The position numbers and the translations under genes are program-made. From IMG/VR virus record IMGVR_UViG_3300047445_000186, positions 62,001-126,000 of that record: 64,000 bases of DNA; one strand, written 5' to 3'. Each line of letters opens with the position of its first letter. Position 1 is the stretch's first letter. A model generated the notes under the pieces. That model made no database searches. It saw nothing but the letters and a program-made list of their open reading frames with translations, and was not told the origin of the DNA. Of this stretch, positions 28,624 through 37,762 are shown piece by piece.

Positions 28624-29274
28624 ATGTGGAAGACTCTCAAGAATCTCGTCGTTGAAGACGACTCCAGCGGCCAGTCCGCTGCTCCGAAGACCACGACGAC
28701 CGCAGCCACCCCGCTCGGTCACGCAGCTCCGGCCTCGACCGCAGTTGCAGCAGACAACAAGTTCGTTCAAGCACTGCGCGGTGCAATCAAGAACCGCGCC
28801 ACAGCGTTCACCTCGCTGCTCGCAGCCGCAGACAAGCTCGTGACGATCATCCCCGATCCCACGACTCGACTGAAGGCCGCGTTCGCGACGGTTGCTGGCG
28901 AAGGTCGCGGCGTGAAGGAAGTTCTGGGCGCTCTCGAGATCCATGCGTCTGACTTGGAGGGACAACGCCTGCAGTTCCAACGTGCGGCCGAGGAGGCCAA
29001 GAACATCGCTGTTGGTGGACTCCAAAGGGAGCTCGACACGATTCAACCGAGTGTCGCTGGTGCACAAAGCCAGATCACCTCGATGCAGACGCAGATTCAG
29101 TCTCTGAACGAGCTGATCGCGCAGAAGTCAGCACGTGGTGCTGAGCTCACGGCGCAGATCTCGACCGAGAACCAACGTCTCACGACGTCGCAGCAAGAAT
29201 TCGAAACCGCGCTCACGATCGTGAAGAGCGAGCTGGATGGCCAGAAGGCGATCATCCTGACCGCACTGTCCTAA
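28624..29274 (+). CDS. coiled-coil protein
   Basis: Long heptad-rich C-terminal half. Confidence 0.85.
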   Translation: MWKTLKNLVVEDDSSGQSAAPKTTTTAATPLGHAAPASTAVAADNKFVQALRGAIKNRATAFTSLLAAADKLVTIIPDPTTRLKAAFATVAGEGRGVKEVLGALEIHASDLEGQRLQFQRAAEEAKNIAVGGLQRELDTIQPSVAGAQSQITSMQTQIQSLNELIAQKSARGAELTAQISTENQRLTTSQQEFETALTIVKSELDGQKAIILTALS

Positions 29275-29297
29275 TCAACGAAACTGGAAAGAAAAAG

Positions 29298-30314
29298 ATG
29301 GAAGATTCCGCAAAGACCAAGTCGTTCTGGGCCCGACCTGAAGGCACCACGGGTATGCTTGCGCTGGCAGCCGCCGGTGTTGGTCTGTACATCGCAGCTC
29401 CCGCGCTCCTCGGCTTCATGACGATGCTCACGGCCCTGCTCGGCCAAACGATCGCGGCAGTCTCGCTCGCTGCAGTGCTCGGCGCTCTGCTGTTCATCAT
29501 CAGCGACAAGAAGTTCCGCACCCTCGGCGCGTACATGTTCAAGAGCGTGATGCGCAAGATCACTGGCGTTTTCGTCGAGATCGATCCAATTGGGATCATG
29601 AAGTCGTACATCGAGTCGCTGATTGGCAAGCGCGAAGTGATGGAAGTCTCGCGTGACAAGCTCAGCGGGCAGATCACGGTCTTGAAGAAGCAGATCAATC
29701 AGAACTCGTCTGAGTACGACAAGTCGATGTCGATGGCCGCGCTTGCTCACCAGAAGGGGAACAACTCGGTGTTCAGCGTACAAAGCCGCCAAGCTGGCCG
29801 TCTCGAGAAGCTGAACAGGGACTCGCTCGGCCCACTGCTCTTGCAGATGGAAGTGCACCTTCGCGCAATCAACAAGTACCACGAAGTCACTGGCACTGTG
29901 ATTGACGACTTGAAGAACGAAGTCTCGGCCCGCAAGATCGAACGCGACATGATCTTGGCTTCGCATACGGCAATGAAGGCAGCCAAGCGAATCCTGAACG
30001 GTGGCGGCGATGCGAAGGAGCTGTTCGATCAAGCGATGGAATTCGTGGTTGAAGACTTCGGCATGAAGATGGGCGAGATCGATAGCTTCATCGAGAACTC
30101 GAAGGGCTTCGTCGAAGGTCTGGACATGCAGAACGGTGTGTACGAAGCCGATGCGCTGAAGAAGCTCCAAGCCTGGGAGAACAAGGCCGACAGCATCCTG
30201 CTCGGGAACTCGAAGGCCCAGCTCCTGGACAGCTCGACCCTGACGAGCTCGCTGAATGTGAACATCGGTGTGCCGGCTGCGACGGTCGTCGATTACTCGA
30301 AGCTGATCAAGTGA
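29298..30314 (+). CDS. membrane-anchored PspA/ESCRT-III-like coiled-coil protein
   Basis: Two TMs then VEIDPIGIMKSYIESL and long helices, resembling the PspA DP-x-x-I-L motif. Confidence 0.7.
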   Translation: MEDSAKTKSFWARPEGTTGMLALAAAGVGLYIAAPALLGFMTMLTALLGQTIAAVSLAAVLGALLFIISDKKFRTLGAYMFKSVMRKITGVFVEIDPIGIMKSYIESLIGKREVMEVSRDKLSGQITVLKKQINQNSSEYDKSMSMAALAHQKGNNSVFSVQSRQAGRLEKLNRDSLGPLLLQMEVHLRAINKYHEVTGTVIDDLKNEVSARKIERDMILASHTAMKAAKRILNGGGDAKELFDQAMEFVVEDFGMKMGEIDSFIENSKGFVEGLDMQNGVYEADALKKLQAWENKADSILLGNSKAQLLDSSTLTSSLNVNIGVPAATVVDYSKLIK

Positions 30315-30391
30315 TCAACCTGGGCGAGCTCTGACACAAAAGTGCTCGCCCAGAATAGAATTCACTTCTCATCAAACCCCTGGAAAAAAGA

Positions 30392-32116
30392 ATGAAACTC
30401 AAAGTTGTTCCGAAGATGCTGCTCATCGGCCTCGTGGTCGGTGGTGCTTACTTCGGTATCCAAGCTGCGCTGAACAGCGGCTACCTGAAGCCGAAGGCCA
30501 CGGTCGCGGTCTCGGTTCCCGACAAGATCGACTTCGGCACCGCCGCTCCGGTCGTCATTCCCGCCGCAACGAGCGCGATCACCGCCTCGGCGAGCACGAA
30601 GGAAACGATCCGCATCAAGTCCATTCCCTGGAACGGCACCACTGGTCTGCAGTACGCGAAGGCCGCTGGTCTGTTCAAGCAACGCGGTCTGAACGTCGAT
30701 GTGCAACGTGAAGACGACTACGCGAAGCTGATCGCCGACATGGCATCGTTCGCGAAGGATCCGAACACCGGTTCGCACTTCACGATCATCATGGGCGATG
30801 GTCTCCCAGCGTACATCATCGGCCTGAACGAAGCACTGAAGCCGTTCAACCAGTCCGCAGCGATGATCGCCGGCATCGGGTACTCGCGTGGTGAAGACAA
30901 GTGCATCATCGACGGGAACGCTGATCCTCGCGGTTCCCTGATCGCTGGCTACCTCGGCGATGGCGACATCAACATCTGCATCAAGTACGCGGCCGACAAC
31001 GGTATCCCCGTGAACTCCGATCCGAAGACGTTCGATCCGAACGCGATGAACTTCCTCGGCACCGGCTCTTTCGTCGAAGCTGACGAAAAGTTCATCGCCA
31101 GCGCGAAGTCGAACTACACGTCGGGCGGTTCCTGCGAAGATCGCAAGGTCGTTGGCGGCGGTACCAAGAAGGTCTGCGTGAACGGCACCGCCACTTGGAC
31201 TCCTGGTGATACCAAGGTCTTCGGTGAACTGAAGAAGCTCGGGAAGTCGATCAAGGTCATCGGTTCCACGAAGGAATACGCCTGGCAAATGCCGACTGCT
31301 GTGATCGGCAACAAGCAGTGGATGGCCAAGAACCCCGAAGTCGTGAAGGCCATGCTTGCAGCGATCTTCGAAGGTGGTGAAAAGGTTCGCTCGAACAGCG
31401 ACGCCCTGATGATCGCCGCAGCTGAACAAGCTCGAGTGAACAACGAAGGTGATGCAGCGTACTGGAGCACGATGTTCAAGGGTACCACTGAAGTCGGCCC
31501 GAACGGCAAGGCGATCAGCCTCGGTGGTTCCACGACGAATGGTGTGTCTGACGCAGCCTTCCTGTTCGGTCTGAACGGCAACGACAATCTGTACAAGAAG
31601 GTCTACACGGTGTACGGCAATATCGCAGTGAAGTACTTCCCTGATGTGATGCCTGGTGGTCTGGTTCCTTACGAGCAAGCTGTCGACAGTTCGTACGTTC
31701 AAGCTCTCCTCGGTCAGTCGACGAACGTAGCTCCTGCTGCCGTGCCGACCTACACCGCTGGTACCGAAACGTTCGCATCGAAGTCGTACGCAATCGAGTT
31801 CGAAACTGGCAAGGCAACGTTCACGCCGAAGGCTGTCGCTGTTCTGAATGACCTGCTCGATCAAGCTGCTGTGACGTCGCTCTCCGTGCAGATCAATGGC
31901 CACACCGACAACGTCGGCAATCCAGCCACGAACCTCTCGCTGAGCAAGGCACGAGCTGACTCGGTGAAGAACTTCCTGTCGCAGAACGCGCCGAAGAACT
32001 TCCCTGACGAACGAGTCGTTGCACGAGGTTTCGGCGATACGCAGCCAGCCGCCGATAACGCGACTCCCGCTGGCAAAGCGAAGAACCGCCGAGTCGAAGT
32101 GATCTTGAAGAAGTAA
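30392..32116 (+). CDS. NMT1/THI5-like substrate-binding domain fused to OmpA-like peptidoglycan-binding domain
   Basis: N-terminal anchor; PWNG...GLNVDV...GYSRGEDK periplasmic binding fold; C-terminal INGHTDNVG...NLSLSKARA...GFGDTQP...NRRVEV. Confidence 0.9.
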   Translation: MKLKVVPKMLLIGLVVGGAYFGIQAALNSGYLKPKATVAVSVPDKIDFGTAAPVVIPAATSAITASASTKETIRIKSIPWNGTTGLQYAKAAGLFKQRGLNVDVQREDDYAKLIADMASFAKDPNTGSHFTIIMGDGLPAYIIGLNEALKPFNQSAAMIAGIGYSRGEDKCIIDGNADPRGSLIAGYLGDGDINICIKYAADNGIPVNSDPKTFDPNAMNFLGTGSFVEADEKFIASAKSNYTSGGSCEDRKVVGGGTKKVCVNGTATWTPGDTKVFGELKKLGKSIKVIGSTKEYAWQMPTAVIGNKQWMAKNPEVVKAMLAAIFEGGEKVRSNSDALMIAAAEQARVNNEGDAAYWSTMFKGTTEVGPNGKAISLGGSTTNGVSDAAFLFGLNGNDNLYKKVYTVYGNIAVKYFPDVMPGGLVPYEQAVDSSYVQALLGQSTNVAPAAVPTYTAGTETFASKSYAIEFETGKATFTPKAVAVLNDLLDQAAVTSLSVQINGHTDNVGNPATNLSLSKARADSVKNFLSQNAPKNFPDERVVARGFGDTQPAADNATPAGKAKNRRVEVILKK

Positions 32117-32134
32117 TCCTTCATTCCTGATCCC

Positions 32135-32165
32135 AAGGGCAGAGTCGAAAGGCTCTGCCCTTTCT
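32135..32165. terminator. bidirectional terminator
   Basis: AAGGGCAGAG-TCGAAAGG-CTCTGCCCTTTTC. Confidence 0.75.
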
Positions 32166-32569
32166 TACTTGTACTTGTCAGCACTCAGATCGTGTGCGAT
32201 CACGCTGACCTTCACGGTGCCTTGCTTTGAAATGATCGCGTGCTCTGCGCGATGATGACCATCGAACAGGTGCACCAAACCATCAGGGGTCTTGATCCCT
32301 GTTGGCGCTCCAGGTGATGCAGATTTCGGAGTCCACGAATCAGCAATCCAGTCCTGCGTTGCTCGCAGATTCTGAACTGGAATCTCTTCCAATGAGAAGT
32401 CAGCTCGCTTGTGATCGAACACGATTCGACCAACGTGCTCGTACGTGAACTTCGACATCGGAATCGTGATCTTGCGATGCGGAAACCCGAGCTCACCGTT
32501 CTCGTCATCGAAGTCCTCGTCCTCGTAGTCTTCGTCGTCCTCGACCTGATGAATCTCATGCAGCTTCAT
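32165..32569 (-). CDS. ParB/sulfiredoxin-like domain protein with MKLHEI N-terminus
   Basis: IPVQNLRATQ and LFDGHHRA motifs; minus-strand TAAATA 32601-32606. Confidence 0.75.
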   Translation of the reverse strand: MKLHEIHQVEDDEDYEDEDFDDENGELGFPHRKITIPMSKFTYEHVGRIVFDHKRADFSLEEIPVQNLRATQDWIADSWTPKSASPGAPTGIKTPDGLVHLFDGHHRAEHAIISKQGTVKVSVIAHDLSADKYK

Positions 32570-32587
32570 GGTACTAAAATTTCAGTT

Positions 32588-33373
32588 ATGATCTCAGCTC
32601 TATTTACTCCGTACGCCTTGGGCCGAAAGCTCTCGGTAAAGTTCCTGGCCGGTGTCTCTCTGGCGACACTGATGGTGTTCTGGGCACTCGCTCCAGCTTC
32701 GACAGGTATCCCTACACAGCTCTCGATCGTTCACTCCTGGAACACCCTGGCCCTCGAGCAAGGCCTTCTGCTTGAGCTGTTCCAGTCGACGATCGTGATT
32801 TGGAAAGCTCTGTTCCTAAGTGCATTCATCGCTGGTGGGATCGCAGCTCTAGTCACGGCCGACATCTTCAAGCCCGTTGGCACGTTCATCGCGTCGATGC
32901 GCTTCCTTGGTTTCGCTGGCTTGACGTTCCTGTTCACGATCTGGACGAGTGATGGGTCACAGTTGAAACTCGCGCTCCTCACGTTCGGCATGACGGTCTT
33001 TTTGACGCGCTCAACGATCGACATGGTCAAGAGCATTCCACAATCCGACATCGATTACGCGCGCTCGCTTGGTCTCAAGGGTTGGGGCTTGACATGGGAG
33101 CTCGTTGTTCGTGGCCGCTCCGCTGACATGCTCGACTTGGTTCGTCAGAACGCAGCCGTTGGGTGGACTCTGCTCTCCATGGTCGAAGGCCTGGTCAGAT
33201 CTGAAGGCGGGATCGGTGCTCTGCTCTTGAACCAGAACAAGTATTTCAATTTGAGTGCAGTGTTCGCGATTCAACTTACGATTCTAGGGTACGGCATCAT
33301 TCAAGACTTCGGTCTTAGCTACCTTCGTAGCGTGCTTTGTCCTTGGACCAAACTTAATCGGAGCGATAAGTGA
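32588..33373 (+). CDS. ABC transporter permease (NitT/TauT type)
   Basis: Six TM-like helices; EAA-loop IDYARSLGLKGWGLTWELVV; MVEGLVRSEGGIG. Confidence 0.9.
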   Translation: MISALFTPYALGRKLSVKFLAGVSLATLMVFWALAPASTGIPTQLSIVHSWNTLALEQGLLLELFQSTIVIWKALFLSAFIAGGIAALVTADIFKPVGTFIASMRFLGFAGLTFLFTIWTSDGSQLKLALLTFGMTVFLTRSTIDMVKSIPQSDIDYARSLGLKGWGLTWELVVRGRSADMLDLVRQNAAVGWTLLSMVEGLVRSEGGIGALLLNQNKYFNLSAVFAIQLTILGYGIIQDFGLSYLRSVLCPWTKLNRSDK

Positions 33374-33696
33374 CCAAACCATTCAGTCCCGCGGAAGCCC
33401 GCAAAGCCAAGCAACAATCGATCCCACCGGAAGTGATCGAGGTTGTGAACACCATCCTTGCTCGGGAATGCTCCCAATCTGGGTACGCAACCATGCTCGA
33501 GGAAGACGTGATCACTGCGATTCTCGAGGCGATCCCCGCCGCGACCCGCTCGCAAATCTACAAGGACCACTGGCTCGATTTCGAAGAAGCCTATCGTGCT
33601 CAAGGATGGAGCGTCGACTATGACGCGCCTGGGTACAACGAGAGCTACAAGGCGAGCTACACCTTCCGCCCGAAGCGTGGAGGTGACCGTGACTAA
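33370..33696 (+). CDS. hypothetical protein
   Basis: GTGA overlap; WLDFEEAYRAQGWSVDYDAPGYNESY. Confidence 0.8.
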   Translation: MTKPFSPAEARKAKQQSIPPEVIEVVNTILARECSQSGYATMLEEDVITAILEAIPAATRSQIYKDHWLDFEEAYRAQGWSVDYDAPGYNESYKASYTFRPKRGGDRD

Positions 33697-33901
33697 GCTC
33701 ATTCAAGTTTCCCTGTACACGAACGACAAGAACGATGGGACGGTGCTTCATCTCCCAGTGCTTCCTCCAGTTGGCGCATTCTTGAACTACGGTCAACGTG
33801 CGTACACCGTGATCCGCGTGATCTTCGATCTCGAGATCAGCGATCGGTACAGCGATGTGCGGAACACTACGAAGATCAAACTCCTGCTTGAAGAACGATG
33901 A
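33689..33901 (+). CDS. hypothetical protein
   Basis: GGAGG SD before GTG 33689. Confidence 0.65.
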   Translation: MTKLIQVSLYTNDKNDGTVLHLPVLPPVGAFLNYGQRAYTVIRVIFDLEISDRYSDVRNTTKIKLLLEER

Positions 33902-34689
33902 GCTACGAAAAGAAAGAGCGACTGCTCACGATCGAGAACGTGAACTTGCAGTACGGCGAGAAGGTCATTCTGCGCGATGTGAATCTGCACGTTGACAACA
34001 TTGTTCGGCCGGGGATGCAGCAAGGTCAAGTGGTCGCGCTGCTCGGTCTGTCGGGCTCTGGAAAGACTCAACTGTTCCGATGCATTGCAGGTCTCCAAGC
34101 TCCGACCGGTGGTGTCGTAAAGCTCATGAGCGACACTCAGGTGAAAGCGGGCGACGTCGGTGTGGTGCAACAAGCATACCCGCTTCTCAATCACCGGACG
34201 ATCTGGTCGAACCTGATGCTGGCTGCGCACGGCAAGAAGGAGAACAAGGAAAAGGCGGAGAGCCTCCTTGCGCACTTCAAGCTGAGCGACAAGAAGAACT
34301 CGTACCCACTCGAGCTCAGTGGTGGTCAACGACAGCGTGTGGCGATCATCCAACAGCTCCTGTGCTCATCGCACTTCTTGCTGATGGACGAACCGTTCAG
34401 CGGTCTCGATGTGATGGCGAAGCGGCGTGTGTTCGACACGATCAACACCGTAGCGACAACCGACGAGTTGAACACGGTGATCTTCACCACGCACGATCTG
34501 GAAGCAGCGGTCACTTTGGCCGACACGATCTGGATCATTGGCCACAAGGAAGGCGATCCTCCTGGCGCGACCGTGTTGAAGCAGCTCGATCTCGCGGCGA
34601 TCGGCCTGGCCTGGACGCCTGACATCCAGCGCCACCCTTTGTACTTCCAAACCGTACTCGAGCTGAAAGAGCTCTTCGCATCACTGTGA
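33898..34689 (+). CDS. ABC transporter ATP-binding protein
   Basis: GLSGSGKT Walker A, VVQQ Q-loop, LSGGQRQR signature, LLMDEPFSGLD Walker B/D-loop, TTHD H-loop. Confidence 0.96.
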   Translation: MSYEKKERLLTIENVNLQYGEKVILRDVNLHVDNIVRPGMQQGQVVALLGLSGSGKTQLFRCIAGLQAPTGGVVKLMSDTQVKAGDVGVVQQAYPLLNHRTIWSNLMLAAHGKKENKEKAESLLAHFKLSDKKNSYPLELSGGQRQRVAIIQQLLCSSHFLLMDEPFSGLDVMAKRRVFDTINTVATTDELNTVIFTTHDLEAAVTLADTIWIIGHKEGDPPGATVLKQLDLAAIGLAWTPDIQRHPLYFQTVLELKELFASL

Positions 34690-34782
34690 TTTGCAAGTGA
34701 ACCCGAATTCACTTTAGCCGTTCATGCTGAGTGCACGATAGAATTCACCTGTCAACAACATCATCTGACTGGAGTATTTCAA

Positions 34783-35079
34783 ATGGCACTCAAGCCCGTT
34801 CCCAAGCTCATCCTGATCGCCGTCATCGTTGGCGGTGTCGGCTACGGAGCCACGAAGTTCATGCCCGCTTCCGCTCCTGCTCAAGCAGCAGCACCGATCG
34901 AAGCACCCACTGTGGTTGCACCGCCCACTGCGCAAGTCCAAGAAGCACGCGCAGTTCCGGCTCCGGCCCCAGCACCTGTGAGCGAGCCCGTTCAGCAAGC
35001 GCCGGAACGCACCTTCCAAGCCGCTCCCGCGCAGAACGACGCCGGCATGAACGCCCTGCTCGGTCTGAAGAAGAAGTAA
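34783..35079 (+). CDS. membrane-anchored Pro/Ala-rich protein
   Basis: TAGAATTCAC promoter 34739; N-terminus MALKPVPKLILIAVIVGGVGYG parallels that of the OmpA fusion (MKLKVVPKMLLIGLVVGGAYFG). Confidence 0.8.
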   Translation: MALKPVPKLILIAVIVGGVGYGATKFMPASAPAQAAAPIEAPTVVAPPTAQVQEARAVPAPAPAPVSEPVQQAPERTFQAAPAQNDAGMNALLGLKKK

Positions 35080-35104
35080 ATCGATCATCAACTGGAGTAA
35101 CGAA

Positions 35105-36019
35105 ATGAACAAGAACTACCGCGGCTTCGCATTCGCCGCCTTGGCGCTGGCCTCTTGCGCTGCACTCGCAGCTCCCGTCGGGATCGCCTCTGGCCAACCC
35201 ACCGGCACGAACTACCCGATGGTCGAGGACATCAAGAAGGTCTGCTCGGCACCGGGCTCGCCGATCAACAACAACGTCAGCGACGGTTCGCTCGACAACC
35301 TGTTCAAGATTTACGGCGACAAGAACTCGCAGTACGCCGTGGTCCAAGCCGACGCGCTGGTCTACCAGCAAGGCCAGGACAAGAAGATGATGGACCGCAT
35401 TCTGACGGTCTTCCCGTTCTTCTCGACCGAGATCCACCTGGTCGCCAAGGACGGTTCCCCGATCAATTCCCTGGCCGATCTGCAGGGCAAGCGTGTGGTC
35501 GAAGGCCCTGAAGGTTCCGGCACCTGGGTCACGGTCCAAGTGATCAAGGCCCTGACCGGCGTGACGTGGCAGCCATTCTTCGCGTCCCAACAAGACGGCT
35601 TCAATGCCGTGATGAGCAACCAAGCTGACGCCGAGTTCATCGTCGCTGGCAAGCCGATCGGCATGCTCACGAAGGCGAGCGGCTTCAAGCTCGTGCCGCT
35701 CAAGAATCCGAAGCTCGACGAGTTCAAGCTGTACACGAAGACGATGATCTCGACCGGCTCGTACGCCTCGCAGAAGACCGCGGTGCAGACGTACAAGGTC
35801 GACAATGTGCTCGCAACGTACGCGTTCAAGAACCAGTACCAGAAGGAAATCGGCGATCTGGTCACGTGCATCACGAAGAACATCGGCCGCCTGCAGACCG
35901 AGCCTGGCTTCCACGAGAAGTGGAAGGACGTCGATCCTCTCGACATCCAGCGCATCGACTGGCCCACGCACCCCGCCGCGCTGAGCGCCATTCAACGTGA
36001 AGCGAAGGCACGCAAGTGA
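35105..36019 (+). CDS. TAXI-family TRAP solute-binding receptor
   Basis: Signal peptide; IASGQPTGTNY, SDGSLDNL, AVVQADAL, STEIHLVA, INSLADLQGKRVVEGPEGSGT. Confidence 0.88.
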   Translation: MNKNYRGFAFAALALASCAALAAPVGIASGQPTGTNYPMVEDIKKVCSAPGSPINNNVSDGSLDNLFKIYGDKNSQYAVVQADALVYQQGQDKKMMDRILTVFPFFSTEIHLVAKDGSPINSLADLQGKRVVEGPEGSGTWVTVQVIKALTGVTWQPFFASQQDGFNAVMSNQADAEFIVAGKPIGMLTKASGFKLVPLKNPKLDEFKLYTKTMISTGSYASQKTAVQTYKVDNVLATYAFKNQYQKEIGDLVTCITKNIGRLQTEPGFHEKWKDVDPLDIQRIDWPTHPAALSAIQREAKARK

Positions 36020-36336
36020 TCGATCACAACCCAGACCATCTGGATTTCGCGATCACGCCAGAGCGACAGGCCATTCGACAATTCCTGTCGAAGCCCGCAC
36101 CAATGCCTCAAGCCTGCGGTTGCATGGGGCCGCAGGCGATCGACGGAAGTTCCTGGGACCCCAGCTCTGGCACGAAATACGAGGACATCAAGCGGTACCC
36201 TTCCTGTCCTTGCGCGATGCAGTGGCATGAAGAAATCGACGGTCAGTTCTACGTGATCGACGAGAACAGATCACCTGATGGGATCACGCACACGGCCACT
36301 CTGGTCGGACCGGTCGGAGGACCGTACAAGAAGTAA
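36016..36336 (+). CDS. Cys-containing hypothetical protein
   Basis: GTGA overlap; ACGCMGP...CPCAM. Confidence 0.75.
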   Translation: MIDHNPDHLDFAITPERQAIRQFLSKPAPMPQACGCMGPQAIDGSSWDPSSGTKYEDIKRYPSCPCAMQWHEEIDGQFYVIDENRSPDGITHTATLVGPVGGPYKK

Positions 36337-36710
36337 GTTGTTGGTTGGTTGTTTTCTTAGGTTGATCTCGCCAGAGTGATGACCTGGCGAGCGAAGGGCA
36401 GAAGAGGTACGGGTACTCCAGCCGTATTCCTTCTGCCCTTCTTCTTTGCTCGGGTCCGGGGTGACCTCCGGACAGTGTATAATTACCATGTTAAGCGATG
36501 TTTCAATGACCCGGTCAGACCGGCCGGGAAATGAAACCTTTAGTTTACTTTTTGAAACCTGATCACTTTTAAAGGCGGAACCCGAGTAAATTTGGTGATA
36601 CATCCGGAAACGTCCTTCGGTTAGAGTACAATACATCTACAGCGTCGAGTAATAAGAGACAAGAACGCTGCAATAAAACTACATTTTTTGGACGAGGTTT
36701 TTTGAAAATT

Positions 36711-37421
36711 ATGGCAAAGATTCTGTTCGTGTCGTCTTCCGTGCAAGCTGCTCTCATGACGCAAGTGTTCATTCCCGAGCTGATCGATGGTTTCTGGAAG
36801 AACCATCGCCCCGCTGGTCATGGTGAAGTTTGGAAGGACGTCGACGTTCAAGTTACCGTGGATGGCACGCTCGGTCCGGTTGGATTCGATGCGCCGCGGA
36901 ACTACAACTTCCTCAACCTGGATTTCGCTCTGCCGAACGAAGCTCGTCTGGTTGCAGTTGCACAAGGTGCGAAGGCAAGCTCGAACTTCAAGTCGGTCAA
37001 GAAGGAACTGATCGAACTCGGTCGCATCGTTGGTTCGCGTCTCGCTTCGCGTGATGCAAACCCTCTGAAGCTGTTCCGTGGTAATCACAAGCCTGGTACG
37101 CAGACGGTTTCGTCCGCTCGAGCTCGTGCTGCCGCGAACGCCATGGGTTCGGCCGGTACTCAAGCCCTCGGCCTGGTCAGCGTGCAAGCCCCATCTGCAA
37201 TCGTCGTGACTCCTGAAGTCGCAGGCGCTCGCAAGATGACCGGTCCGAAGCGGACCGTGACGAAGGTGAAGAGCACCCTCCCAGCGCGCTCTCCCGAGCA
37301 AGTCGCAGCAACGAAGGCGAAGCTCGCCGAGCTGCACGAGACCGTGACCACGACCTCGCAAGGTGCCACGGTCCGCCGTGTCCCCGCAGTGATCGAAGCA
37401 TCGACCCCTGCTGCCGAGTAA
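36711..37421 (+). CDS. hypothetical protein with basic Ala-rich C-terminus
   Basis: TACAAT promoter about 36627, GAGG SD; strong codon bias. Confidence 0.85.
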   Translation: MAKILFVSSSVQAALMTQVFIPELIDGFWKNHRPAGHGEVWKDVDVQVTVDGTLGPVGFDAPRNYNFLNLDFALPNEARLVAVAQGAKASSNFKSVKKELIELGRIVGSRLASRDANPLKLFRGNHKPGTQTVSSARARAAANAMGSAGTQALGLVSVQAPSAIVVTPEVAGARKMTGPKRTVTKVKSTLPARSPEQVAATKAKLAELHETVTTTSQGATVRRVPAVIEASTPAAE

Positions 37422-37435
37422 TCCTCGGCAAGAAG

Positions 37436-37462
37436 AAGGCCTGGTAACCCCAGGCCTTTTTT
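37436..37462 (+). terminator. rho-independent terminator
   Basis: AAGGCCTGG-TAACC-CCAGGCCTT-TTTT. Confidence 0.8.
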
Positions 37463-37488
37463 GTCACCAAAATTTGGACGTTACAATT

Positions 37489-37662
37489 ATGATCATGTTC
37501 CTGAAGCGAGTCGGCGAAGACCACCCTGGATTCCGGTACGGAACTCCTGACGAGACGCGAGTGCCTCCCTGCTTTCGAATGGAGAAAGCAGAACTCGGAG
37601 CGCAGCGCGACGAGTGGATCAAGAATTTCGGTCGCGAGTACGTGATCGTCGAGCAGCCCTGA
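37489..37662 (+). CDS. small hypothetical protein
   Basis: Typical codon usage. Confidence 0.55.
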   Translation: MIMFLKRVGEDHPGFRYGTPDETRVPPCFRMEKAELGAQRDEWIKNFGREYVIVEQP

Positions 37663-37716
37663 TCCCTGTCTCAGGACGACGGCGCCGCGCTAGATAAATA
37701 CAATTACCCTAAGCTA

Positions 37717-37762
37717 GAGCGATAGACGCTCTCAGCATCAACAGCCAAACGAGGAGCTCGCC
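37717..37762 (+). promoter_or_regulatory. conserved leader motif of NAD salvage genes, copy 1
   Basis: GAGCG-ATAGA-CGCTC hairpin, then CGAG-GAG-CTCG over the SD; shared with 42833-42875. Confidence 0.65.
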
